DNA of 64,000 nt from NCBI GenBank assembly GCA_963696045.1, contig CAVOIR010000007.1, positions 20,665 through 84,664 of the forward strand, given 5' to 3'. The position numbers and the translations under genes were made by a program. This DNA comes from an uncultured Chloroflexia bacterium (GTDB lineage Bacteria; Chloroflexota; Limnocylindria; Limnocylindrales; CSP1-4). The notes beneath the pieces are model-generated. The model worked only from the letters and a program-made list of their open reading frames with translations, searched no databases and was not told the DNA's origin. Positions 42,077-52,029 of the stretch are shown piece after piece (position 1 is the stretch's first letter; each line of letters begins with the position of its first letter).

Positions 42077-43375
42077 GTGAGCCTGCCCATCCTGCAGGGC
42101 GCCCGCGACTGGCCGTCCGTGCTCTTCGCCGGGGCCGAGGCCGAGGAGGCGGGTGCCTGGGAGGCCTATCGGAGCGCCGTCTCAAGCCTGACGCCGGATG
42201 CCGTCATCAGCATCATCAGCGAGTCCGGCCTGCGCGGACGCGGCGGCGCCGGCTACTCCACCGGCAGCAAGTGGCGCCACTGCGCGGGCCAGACCGAACG
42301 GCTGCGCTACGTCGTCGCCAACGGCTTCGAGGCGGACCCGGGGGCACAGGTCGACCGGACGCTCATGGAGCGCGACCCCGATGCGGTCGTGGAGGGCGTC
42401 GCCATCGCCGCCTGGGCGGTGCGAGCCGAGTCGGCCATCATCGTCGTGCGCGCCTCGGCGGTGGTGGCGGCCGCTCGCCTGCGGGACGCCGTCGCGGCCG
42501 CGGAGGCCCGCGGCATCATCGGTCCCGAAGCCGCGGAGACGGGTCGTCCCCTGCGCATCGAGGTCCGGGCGCTGACGGGCTCGTTCGTGGTCGGGGAGGA
42601 GACCGTCCTGCTTCGCGCGCTCGAGGGGCGCCGGGCGCAGCCGGATCAGCGGCCGCCCCATCCCTCGCAGGAGGGACTGTGGGGCAAGCCCACGGTCGTC
42701 AACAACGTCAAGACGCTCGCGGCCGTGCCCTGGATCCTCCGCCACGGGGCGGGTGCCTACGCCTCGCTCGGCAGCGGCGAGGCGCCCGGGACGACGCTGC
42801 TCCAGCTCGGCGGCACCATCCGCAAGCCCGGCATCGTGGAAGTCCCGTTGGGCGCCACCATCCGCGAGGTCCTCGATGGGCCAGGCGGCTTCGTACAGGG
42901 CAAGCTGAAGGCCGTCCTGGTGGGCGGACCCACGGGCGGCTTCCTCCCGCCCGACGCGCTCGACACGCCCCTGGCCTACGGCCCGCTGAGCGAGGCTGGG
43001 GCCCTCGTCGGCTCCGGCACGCTGCTGGCCCTCGACGATGCGACCTGTCTGGTCGATCTCGCCACCCTCATGATCCGCTACCTGGGCGACCAGGCCTGCG
43101 GAAAGACCATCCCTTGCCGCATCGGCACGCGCCGGCTGGCCGAGCTCGGAGCTGGACTCTGCAGCGGCCATGTCCGGCCCGGCGACCGGGGCCTCATCGG
43201 CGACCTGTCGCGGGATATCCGGGACGCCGCACTCTGCCGTCTCGAGGCCGACGCCCCGAACCCGCTGCTCACCGGGATGCGATACTTCGCCGCGGAGTTC
43301 GACGAGCACATCGAGCGTGGCCACTGCCCCGCCGGCGTCTGCCAGCCCGTCTCCCTCGCGGGAGCGGCACGATGA
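42077..43375 (+). CDS. nuoF: NuoF-like FMN/NADH-binding subunit (divergent)
   Basis: GTG 42077 within ORF 41354..43375. GLRGRGGAGYSTGSKW (FMN site), YVVANGFEADPGAQVDRTLME, GSFVVGEETVLLRALEGRRAQPDQRPPHPSQEGLWGKPTVVNNVKTLA, GGPTGGFLP, DQACGKTIPCRIG (the canonical motif is CGKCTPCR). Confidence 0.85.
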   Translation: MSLPILQGARDWPSVLFAGAEAEEAGAWEAYRSAVSSLTPDAVISIISESGLRGRGGAGYSTGSKWRHCAGQTERLRYVVANGFEADPGAQVDRTLMERDPDAVVEGVAIAAWAVRAESAIIVVRASAVVAAARLRDAVAAAEARGIIGPEAAETGRPLRIEVRALTGSFVVGEETVLLRALEGRRAQPDQRPPHPSQEGLWGKPTVVNNVKTLAAVPWILRHGAGAYASLGSGEAPGTTLLQLGGTIRKPGIVEVPLGATIREVLDGPGGFVQGKLKAVLVGGPTGGFLPPDALDTPLAYGPLSEAGALVGSGTLLALDDATCLVDLATLMIRYLGDQACGKTIPCRIGTRRLAELGAGLCSGHVRPGDRGLIGDLSRDIRDAALCRLEADAPNPLLTGMRYFAAEFDEHIERGHCPAGVCQPVSLAGAAR

Positions 43376-43432
43376 GCGAGGTCGCATGACCAGTCGCGCA
43401 GCGGGGCCGGACCGCGGAGCCCCCCACACGCC

Positions 43433-46023
43433 ATGACCGACACCCTGCCCCAGACCAGCCAGCCTGCCCTGGACGAGGCCGCCGAGCGACTGCTCAGCAG
43501 CCAGTCGCCGCAGCGCCGCCTGGTCTCGCCGGCCTTCAGCCTCGAGATCGACGGCCGGACGCTGACCGGTCGGGGCGGCCAGACCATCCTGGATGTCTGC
43601 CGGGACAACGGCATCGAGGTACCCACCCTCTGCTACGAGCCCAAGCTGCCCGGCTTCGGCGCCTGTCGCATGTGCGTCGTCGAGGTCGAGGGCGAGGAGT
43701 CTCCGCCCATCTCCTGCTCGCGCCCGGCGGAGGCGGACATGGTCGTGCGGACCCAGACGCCGAGGCTGCGACAGATCCGCAAGACGAACCTCGAGCTCAT
43801 CTTCAGCGACCACAACGCCTACTGCCTGCCGCCCTGCCAGAACAAGTGCCCCAGCCACATCGACATCCCGGGCTTCCTGAAGGCCAACACCGAGGGCGAC
43901 TTCGTCGAGTCGGCGCGGATCTTCAAGCGCACCATCCCGTTCCCCTCGATCCTGGGCCGGGTCTGCCCGGCGCCCTGCGAGGAGCACTGCCGTCGCGACG
44001 AGGTCGAGGAGGCCATCGCCATCCGCGACAGCCACCGCTACGCTGGTGACCAGGTCCTGAAGCTCCAGGCTGCCGGCGCCCAGCCGCCTCGGCCATTCGA
44101 GCTGCAGCCATCCACCGGCCGGCGGGTGGCCGTCATCGGTTCGGGCCCGGCGGGCATGGCGGCCGCCTATTACCTGGCCCTCGACGGTCACGGCGTGACC
44201 GTCTTCGAACGCGACCCGGAGCCCGGCGGCATGCTGCGCTACGGCATCCCCCAGTACCGGCTGCCCAAGGTCGAGGTCCTCGAGGCCGAGTACGAGTCCG
44301 TCTGGGACCTCGGTGTCCGCCTCGTGGCCAACGCCGAGCTCGGGGTGGACTTCACGCTCGACGACCTGCAGAACGAGGGCTACGACGCGGTCCTCGTGGC
44401 CATCGGCTGCTACGACACGAACGAGCTGGGCATCCCGGGAGAGGACGCCACGGGCGTCATCGACGGCCTCGAGTACCTGCGCGTCGCGACACTTGGCCTG
44501 CCCTACCCGGACCATGCGGGCAAGCGGGTGGTCGTCATCGGCGGTGGCTTCACGTCGATGGACTGCGCACGCACCTCGATCCGCCAGGGCTGCTCGCGAG
44601 GTGACGCTCGTCTACCGGCGCGACATGAAGGACATGCCCGCCGCCAACGAGGTCCACGAGATGCTCGAGGAGGGCGCCCGGGCCATCTTCCAGGCCTCGC
44701 CGACGCGCGTCGTGACCGACGCGTCCGGGACGGTGACCGGCGTGGAGTTCCAGCGCATGGCACTCGGCGCCCCGGACGCATCGGGCCGCCGGCGACCGGA
44801 GCCCATGGCCGGCACCGAGTTCATCATCGACTGCGATCGCGTCCTGCTGGCCATCGGCCAGGCGCCCGACCTCACCTGGCTGACGCGCGGTGCGGAGGGT
44901 GTGCGAGCTTCGTCGCGCGGACGCCTCGAGGCCGACGCAGTGACCTTCGGGACCGGGCGGGCGGGCGTCTTCGGCACGGGCGATGTGCGCACCGGGTCCG
45001 CCACCGTCGTGGAGGCCATCGCCGAGGGCCGTCGCGCCTCGTATGCCATCAACGCCTACCTGCAGGGCCAGGACCTCGACGAGATCAGGACCCGCCAGAT
45101 CGCTCGCCGAACCGCAACCCGAGTTCCTGTCGATCGTGCCCTACAGCGGCGAGGTCAAGGAGCCACGCCTCCGGCTGCGCTCCATGGCTCCCGCCGAACG
45201 GAGCAGCTCGTACGTCGAGTACGAGATCCCCTACACGCAGGCCGAGGCGATGCGCGAGTCGGCCCGCTGCCTGCAGTGCACGTGCGAGGCCATCGGCTAC
45301 TGCGACCTGCGCCGCCAGGGCATCGAGTACGGGACGACGCTGCGGACGCTCGAGCCTGGACGGACCGGCCTGTCGGTGCGCAGCGTGGCCGAGAACCGCT
45401 TCACGGGCGCCAACCACGACTACATCCGCGACGACAGCCACGCCTTCATCCTGCGCGAGCCATCCCGCTGCATCGACTGCGGCCGCTGCGCCAACGTCTG
45501 CAAGGAGGTCGTCGGCGCGGCCTGCTACGACTTCATGCGCACGGGCTTCGACACGCTCGTGACGACGCCGCTGGACATGAGCCTGAACACGACGCCCTGC
45601 GTCTCGTGCGGCCGCTGCGCCGAGACGTGCCCGACTGGTGCACTCATGCCCAAGCCGCGAGTCCTCGAGAAGTACGAGGTCGACGAGTCACGCTGCATCC
45701 TCTGCGGCATCTGCGTGGATGCCTGCCCTTACGACGCCCTGCGCTGCGGTCCGGACTTCGAGCTCGCCCACGAGTCGCGCGAGGAGCCCATGATCGATCT
45801 CATGGCCATCTCCGCCATGGAACGCGACACCGAGATCAGCTACGTGCGCCGTGAGCGCGACTGGCTGGCGCGGGCCCAGGCCGACGGGCGTGACGTCCCG
45901 CGCGATCGGTCGCTGCCCGTGCTGCCGGTGAGCCTGGCCGGCAACGGCTCGGCGCAGGGTCGCCATCATGGAGGCGTCGCCGGAGCGACCGGCGGTGGCT
46001 CGACACACGCCCATCACAGGTAG
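43433..46023 (+). CDS. chimeric FeS flavoprotein: NuoG/HydA-type 2Fe-2S domain, GltD-like FAD/NAD(P)H oxidoreductase, NuoG/HydA-type 4Fe-4S domains, and the NuoI C-terminal half; 2 frame shifts (~44588, ~45100); no molybdopterin domain
   Basis: ORF 43433..: EIDGRTLTGRGGQTILDVCRDNGIEVPTLCYEPKLPGFGACRMCVVEVEG; CLPPCQNKCPSHIDIPGFL...FPSILGRVCPAPCEEHC; RRVAVIGSGPAGMAAAYYLALDGHGVTVFERDPEPGGMLRYGIPQYRLPK. Frame of ORF 44313: REVTLVYRRDMKDMPAANEVHE...RVLLAIGQAPD...GVFGTGDVRTGSATVVEAIAEGRRASYAINAYL. Frame of ORF 44983: CLQCTCEAIGYCDLRRQGIEYG, SRCIDCGRCANVCKEVVG, CVSCGRCAETCPTGAL, KYEVDESRCILCGICVDACPYDALRCGPDFELAHESREE. Confidence 0.8.
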
Positions 46024-46040
46024 GCGGGGGACGAGAGGGA

Positions 46041-46623
46041 GTGGCGCTACCGGAGACGGTGCCGTATCTCGACTGGCGCTGGGATGACTTCGTCTTCCTG
46101 GCCCTGGCTGGCGTGCTCCTGGGCGCCGCGCTGCTCGTGGTGCTCTCCCGCGACATCATCCGCTCCGGCCTCTGGCTGGTGCTGTCGTTCGCCGGCCTGG
46201 CGGGCATCTACGCACTCCTGGCCAGCCCCTTCATGGCCGTCGCCCAGGTCCTCGTCTACATGGGCGCCATCAGCGTCCTCATCCTGTTCGCCATCATGAT
46301 CACGCAGTCGAAGGCGGGGCCCGGCCGGCTCGTCTTCCAGCGCCAGTGGTGGGCCGGTGCCATCGCCGCCGTGGTGCTCGTCGCGCTCATGCTGCGTGGC
46401 CATCCTGCTGACGACCTGGCCGCTGGCCGGTGACCAGATCGTGCCGCAGGCCGCCCGCGACATCGCCCGCCTTCTCTTCGGCGACTACCTCTTCGCCTTC
46501 GAGGTCGTCGGCGTGCTGCTCCTGGCGGCCGTCATCGGCGGGCTGTACCTGGCGCGGCGGGATCCAGACATGCCCGAGACGAACCGGCTCGTGCGTCCCG
46601 GCGACGACGAGGAGGGCGTTTGA
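46041..46623 (+). CDS. nuoJ: NADH-quinone oxidoreductase subunit J; one frame shift near 46395
   Basis: ORF 46041..46433 (FLALAGVLLGAALLVVLSRDIIRSGLWLVLSFAGLAGIYALLASPFMAVAQVLVYMGAISVLILFAIM) joins ORF 46357..46623 (LLFGDYLFAFEVVGVLLLAAVIGGLYLAR). Confidence 0.88.
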
Positions 46624-46931
46624 GCCAGTCGCTGGAGGCCTACCTCGTCCTCTCCGTGCTCCTCTTCGGCATCGGCGTCTTCGGCTTCCTCGCCAAGCGC
46701 AACGCCATCGCCATGCTCATGTCCATCGAGCTCATGCTCAACGCGGTGAACCTGGCCATCGTGGCCTTCGGCGCCTTCACCCCGGAGCTGGCCGCGCAGG
46801 CCTCGACCATCGCCCTCTTCGTCATCGCCGTGGCGGCGGGTGAGGCGACGGTCGGTCTGGCCATCGTCATCGCCATCTACCGCAATCGCAGGACGCCGCT
46901 CGTCGACGAGTACGCGTCGATGCGCGAATAG
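46620..46931 (+). CDS. nuoK: NADH-quinone oxidoreductase subunit K
   Basis: 103 aa: LVLSVLLFGIGVFGFLAKRNAIAMLMSIELMLNAVNLAIVAF...FVIAVAAGEATVGLAIVIAIYR. Confidence 0.92.
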   Translation: MSQSLEAYLVLSVLLFGIGVFGFLAKRNAIAMLMSIELMLNAVNLAIVAFGAFTPELAAQASTIALFVIAVAAGEATVGLAIVIAIYRNRRTPLVDEYASMRE

Positions 46932-46939
46932 CGGGCTCG

Positions 46940-48934
46940 ATGGGCATCTTCGGGGCGGAGGCGGCTGAGGAAGCGCTGCACCTCGGCGGGGCCAGCAGCG
47001 AGCAGGCCATGGCCCTGCTGGCCGTGCTGGCGCTGCCGCTGGCGGGATTCCTGCTCACGGGCCTGCTGGGCCGGCGCATGGGCGGGCGTCCCTGGCTCAT
47101 CGCGGTCACGGCCATCCTCGCGGCCACGGCCATCGCCAGCGTCCTCGCGCTGGGCGCGCTCGTCGGTCCGGAGCCGATCCGCATCGGCTTCACGGTCTAC
47201 ACCTGGATCCCCGTCGGCGACCTCCAGGTCGAGTTCGGCATCCTCTTCGACAACCTCACCGCCGTCATGCTCATCGTGGTCACCTGGATCGGCTCGCTGG
47301 TGCATGTCTACAGCATCGGCTACATGGCTCACGACCCGGGCAAGTGGCGCTTCTTCGCCTACCTCAACCTCTTCATGTTCAGCATGCTGCTGCTCGTCCT
47401 CGCGGACGGCTACCTCGTCATCTTCGCGGCCTGGGAGCTGGTGGGCCTCTCCTCGTACCTGCTCATCGGCTTCTGGTATCGGCGGCGGGCCCCGGCCCTG
47501 GCCTCGAAGAAGGCCTTCCTCGTCAACCGCGTGGCCGACCAGAGCTTCATCGTCGGCATCATGGGTGTCTTCCTGCTCACGGGGACGATGAATGTCCTCG
47601 ATTCGTTCGCACCGTTCGAGACCGCCGACGACACGGTCCGGACCCTCGTGGCGCTCCTCCTCTTCGTGGGTGCCGCGGGCAAGTCGGCCCAGTTCCCGTT
47701 CCACGTCTGGCTGCCCGACGCCATGGAAGGCCCGACACCCGTCTCGGCCCTCATCCATGCCGCCACGATGGTGAACGCGGGCGTCTACTTCATCGCCCGG
47801 ACGTCACCGCTCTTCGCCACGGCCGGGTCGGCGCTCGTGGTGGTGGCGTCCATCGGCATCTTCACGGCCATCCTCTCGGCCTCGATCGCGCTGACCCAGA
47901 AGGACATCAAGCGCGTCCTGGCCTACTCCACGCTCAGCCAGCTCGGCTACATGTTCGCGGCCCTCGGCGTCGGCGCCTTCGTGGCGGCGATCTTCCACCT
48001 CATGGCCCATGGCTTCACGAAGGGTCTCCTCTTCCTCGGCTCAGGCTCGGTCATCCACGCCGTGGACGGCGAGCAGGACATGGACCGCATGGGCGCTCTG
48101 CGCCGGCGCATCCCCATCACGCATTGGACCTTCCTCATCGGCGCCCTGTCCCTGGCCGGCATCCCGCCCCTGGCCGGCTTCTTCTCGAAGGACTCGATCC
48201 TCGGGGAGTCGTACCTGCTGGGCTACGGCTGGATCCTCGTCATCGGCCTGGTCGTGGCCGGCCTGACCGGCTTCTACATGTTCCGGCTCATGGGCAAGAC
48301 GTTCTACGGGGAGAGCCATGTCGACCCGGCCGTCGAGCCGCATGTCCACGAGTCGCCTCCGTCGATGACCCTGCCGCTCATCCTGCTGGCCATCCCGACG
48401 GTCCTGCTCGGCCTCGTCATCGGCACGCCCCTCGGGAACTCCACGATCTTCCACTGGCTCGAGCCCGTGTTCCTGCCTGCCGAGGAGCTGCTGGGCATCC
48501 ACCTGCCGGAGTACGAGCTCTTCGGCATCGACGGCGTCCTCATCCTCGCCTCGGTGGCCGTGGCGGCGCTTGGCATCGGTGTGGGCATCTGGCTCTTCGG
48601 CTTCTTCCGCAGCCGGGCGCGGCCTGAGACGGTCGAGCGGCTCACGGATCGCAACGGCCTGACGCGGGCGCTGTACACGGCCTCGTTCCGGAAGTGGTGG
48701 TTCGACGACCTCAACCACCTCGTCTTCTACCGCTTCGGGGGCGCCGTGGCGAACGCCGTGATGTGGTTCGACGTGCGCGTCATCGACGGCGTCGTCAACG
48801 GCACGGGGACTGCCACGCAGGCCGCCGGTGATCGCATCCGGCGGGTCCAGACCGGGCGCGTCCAGAACTACGCGCTGGGCATCGCCATCGGCCTCGTCGT
48901 CATGGTCGGCCTGTTCATCCTGCTGGCCCGCTGA
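46940..48934 (+). CDS. nuoL: NADH-quinone oxidoreductase subunit L
   Basis: 664 aa, intact. [68 protein letters not shown]. Confidence 0.93.
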   Translation: MGIFGAEAAEEALHLGGASSEQAMALLAVLALPLAGFLLTGLLGRRMGGRPWLIAVTAILAATAIASVLALGALVGPEPIRIGFTVYTWIPVGDLQVEFGILFDNLTAVMLIVVTWIGSLVHVYSIGYMAHDPGKWRFFAYLNLFMFSMLLLVLADGYLVIFAAWELVGLSSYLLIGFWYRRRAPALASKKAFLVNRVADQSFIVGIMGVFLLTGTMNVLDSFAPFETADDTVRTLVALLLFVGAAGKSAQFPFHVWLPDAMEGPTPVSALIHAATMVNAGVYFIARTSPLFATAGSALVVVASIGIFTAILSASIALTQKDIKRVLAYSTLSQLGYMFAALGVGAFVAAIFHLMAHGFTKGLLFLGSGSVIHAVDGEQDMDRMGALRRRIPITHWTFLIGALSLAGIPPLAGFFSKDSILGESYLLGYGWILVIGLVVAGLTGFYMFRLMGKTFYGESHVDPAVEPHVHESPPSMTLPLILLAIPTVLLGLVIGTPLGNSTIFHWLEPVFLPAEELLGIHLPEYELFGIDGVLILASVAVAALGIGVGIWLFGFFRSRARPETVERLTDRNGLTRALYTASFRKWWFDDLNHLVFYRFGGAVANAVMWFDVRVIDGVVNGTGTATQAAGDRIRRVQTGRVQNYALGIAIGLVVMVGLFILLAR

Positions 48935-50509
48935 TGCTCGAGGACTTCCTCGCCCGACCGGACCTCCTCTCGCTGCTCATCTTCACCCCCCTGCTGGGGG
49001 CCGTCCTGGTGGGCTTCATCCCCGGACGGAACGTCAGCGCCATCCGCTACGCGGCGCTGGGAGTGGCGGGCCTTGCGTTCCTGCTCTCCCTGCTCGTGGC
49101 CCTCTCGTTCGACGAGGGCCGGGCCGGCTTCCAGCTCGTCCAGCGAGCAGACTGGATCGGCTTCTTCGGCATCACCTACACGGTCGGCGTGGACGGCATC
49201 TCGCTCGTGCTGGTGCTCCTCACCACGCTCCTGACGATGGTCAGCATCCTGGCCAGCTTCGGCCCCATCACGACGCGCGTGAAGGAGTACATGATCGCCT
49301 TCCTCGTGCTCGAGGTGGGCATGCTGGGCGTGTTCCTGGCCCTGGACCTCTTCCTCTTCTACGTCTTCTGGGAGGTCGTCCTGGTGCCGATGTACCTCAT
49401 CATCGGCATCTGGGGCGGTGCCAACCGCATCTACGCGACGATCAAGTTCGTCATCTACACGCTCGTCGGCTCGCTCCTGATGCTGGTGGCCATCCTGGCC
49501 CTGGCGTGGAGCTACCAGGAGGCCACGGGCACCTGGGCCGGAGCGTTCGACTACGAGACCCTGCTGGCCTTCGGGTTCGACCCGACCCTGCAGTTCTGGG
49601 CATTCCTGGGCTTCTTCCTGGCCTTCGCCATCAAGGTGCCCATGTGGCCCTTCCACACCTGGCTCCCGGACGCGCACACCGAGGCGCCCACGGCCGGGTC
49701 GGTCATCCTGGCCGGCGTTCTGCTGAAGCTGGGCGGCTACGGGCTCATCCGCTTCAACCTGCCGCTCTTCCCCGACGCCGCCCACGACCTTGCCTGGCTC
49801 GTCATCGGGCTCTCCCTGGTGGGCATGCTCTACGGCGCGATCGTGGCCATCCGCCAGCCCGACCTCAAACGCCTCATCGCCTACTCCTCGGTCAGCCACA
49901 TGGGCTTCGTGACCCTCGGCATCTTCGTCTTCGGCGAGCAGGGCCTCCAGGGCGCTGTCTTCCAGATGGTCGCCCATGGGCGTCATCACGGGCGCCCTCT
50001 TCCTCCTCGTCGGCGTGATCTATGAGCGTACCCATGACCGCACCATCGCCAAGATGGGCGGCCTGGGATCGCGACTGCCGGTCTTCGCCACCCTCATGGT
50101 CTTCTTCAGCCTGGCCTCCGCGGGCCTGCCCGGGCTGGCCGGCTTCGTGGGCGAGTTCCTCGTGCTGCTGGGCGCGGTCGACCAGCAGGCCATCCTGGGT
50201 TTCGTGGCCGCGCTGACCATCATCCTGGCCGCGGTCTACCTGCTCTACATGGTCCAGAACACGATCTTCGGCGAGCTGTCTGACTTCCTGAAGGGCCTGG
50301 GCAGCCGATTGACCGACGTCGACCGCGTCGAGGCCATGACGCTCGCCCCGCTCGTCGTCCTGACCGTCGTGCTGGGCCTCTTCCCGGCCCTCGTCCTCGA
50401 TCTCACGGCCGTCCCGATCGAGGGCATCCTGGCCATCGTTGACGGCGCCTCCGAGGCGGCAGCGGCCGGCGCAGTGGATGCGGCCGGCGCAGCGGCGGTG
50501 CTGCCATGA
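48934..50509 (+). CDS. nuoM: NADH-quinone oxidoreductase subunit M; one frame shift near 49975
   Basis: ORF 48934..50025 (FYVFWEVVLVPMYLIIGIWGG...FAIKVPMWPFHTWLPDAHTEAPTAGSVILAGVLLKLGGYG...AYSSVSHMGFV...FQMVAHG) joins ORF 49976..50509 (VITGALFLLVGVIYERTH...LPGLAGFVGEF). Confidence 0.9.
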
Positions 50510-52029
50510 CGCAGGACCAGGTACTCACCATCCTGCCCTTCGTCATCGTGGTGGGCGCCGCTCTTGCGGTCATCCTCGTCGACCTCTTCTGGCCCCGCCG
50601 CGACGAGCTCGTCATGGCCGTCGGCCTCGGCGGCTTCGGCCTGGCGCTCGTGGCGACCCTCGCCATCGGGCCGCTCCCGGGTGACTGGGGGGCCCTGGCG
50701 AGCGGCGGTTCGATCGGTGACCCCGAGCTCTATACGCGCGACCTGCTGACCGTGCTGCTCGACGTGGCGCTCCTCTCGATCGGCCTCCTGACGCTCCTCT
50801 TCGCGCCCGACTACCTGACGCCGCGCCGGCTGCCCGTCGCCGAGTTCACGGCGACGCTGCTCTTCGCCATCAGCGGCGGCATGCTCATCGCCGGCGGCCA
50901 GGACCTGCTCGTCCTCTTCCTGGGCCTCGAGCTCCTCGTGCTGCCGGGTTACCTCCTGGCCGGCTTCGCCAAGCGCGACGGCCTGTCCACCGAGGGGGCC
51001 ATCAAGTACTTCCTCCTGGGCTCGTTCTCGAGCGCCATCCTCCTCTTCGGCCTCGCCTTCGTGCTGGGCTTCACGGGCTCCACCCAGCTCGACGGCATCG
51101 CCGACGCGCTGAGGGGCATCGTGGTCGACGGCCAGGCCCTGCCCCTCGCCCTGGCCATGGGCCTCGCCCTGCTCTCGGTGGGCGTCCTCTTCAAGATCGC
51201 GGCAGTGCCCTTCCACTACTGGACGCCCGATGCATACCAGGGCTCCCCCACTCCGGTGACGGGCTACCTCTCGGTTGGCCCCAAGGTGGCTGCCTTCGCG
51301 CTCATCCTGCGCCTCTTCGTGGAGGGCCTCGTGCCGCTGCGCGGAGAGTGGGCCGTCATCGTGGCCGTGCTGGCCATCGTCACCATGACGGTGGGCAACC
51401 TCGCGGCGCTGGGGCAGGACAACATCAAGCGGATGCTGGCCTACTCGTCGATCGCGCACACGGGCTACATCATGGTCGGGCTCGTCGTCTTCGCCACGGC
51501 CACAAGTCCTGAGGTCGCCGCCTCGGGCGTCCAGGGCGTGCTCTTCTACAGCTTCGCCTACGCCTTCATGAACCTGGGGGCCTTCGCGGTCGTGGCCGCC
51601 CTGCAGCGACGTCCGGGAGTCACGAGCCAGATCGCCACCTTCACGGGTCTCGGCTACCGGGCGCCGGTCCTGGCCCTGACGATGACGGTCTTCCTCCTCT
51701 CGCTGACGGGCATCCCGCCGCTGGCCGGCTTCTTCGCCAAGGCCATGATCGTGCTGGGAGCGCTCGAGGTGGGCGGCGCCATGAGCTGGCTGGCCGTGAT
51801 CATGATGCTGAACGCCGCCGCCGCGGCCTTCTACTATCTGCGGGTCGTCGTCTACATGTACATGCGCCGGCCGGCTGAGGAGGCGGCCGAGGTCAGCATC
51901 GGCGGCCTGACCAGGGTCGGTCTCGTGGTGGCGGCGACCCTCACCATCCTCATCGGCCTGTTCCCGCCGGTCACCCAGGCGGTCCTGGAGTGGACGGAGG
52001 CCGCAGCGGTGGCCCTGGCGCAGCTCTAG
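50506..52029 (+). CDS. nuoN: NADH-quinone oxidoreductase subunit N
   Basis: 507 aa, intact. LFLGLELLVLPGYLLAGF, LFKIAAVPFHYWTPDAYQGSPTPVTGYL, KRMLAYSSIAHTGYIM. Confidence 0.93.
   Translation: MTQDQVLTILPFVIVVGAALAVILVDLFWPRRDELVMAVGLGGFGLALVATLAIGPLPGDWGALASGGSIGDPELYTRDLLTVLLDVALLSIGLLTLLFAPDYLTPRRLPVAEFTATLLFAISGGMLIAGGQDLLVLFLGLELLVLPGYLLAGFAKRDGLSTEGAIKYFLLGSFSSAILLFGLAFVLGFTGSTQLDGIADALRGIVVDGQALPLALAMGLALLSVGVLFKIAAVPFHYWTPDAYQGSPTPVTGYLSVGPKVAAFALILRLFVEGLVPLRGEWAVIVAVLAIVTMTVGNLAALGQDNIKRMLAYSSIAHTGYIMVGLVVFATATSPEVAASGVQGVLFYSFAYAFMNLGAFAVVAALQRRPGVTSQIATFTGLGYRAPVLALTMTVFLLSLTGIPPLAGFFAKAMIVLGALEVGGAMSWLAVIMMLNAAAAAFYYLRVVVYMYMRRPAEEAAEVSIGGLTRVGLVVAATLTILIGLFPPVTQAVLEWTEAAAVALAQL

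Noticed and set aside
52026-52029. Convergent genes ending in overlapping palindromic CTAG stops (nuoN/otsB-like here; pimA/PMT gene at 62069..62072).
   Set aside because: The overlaps are real in the sequence. They are most simply a by-product of compact convergent gene ends, and I have no evidence for a function.
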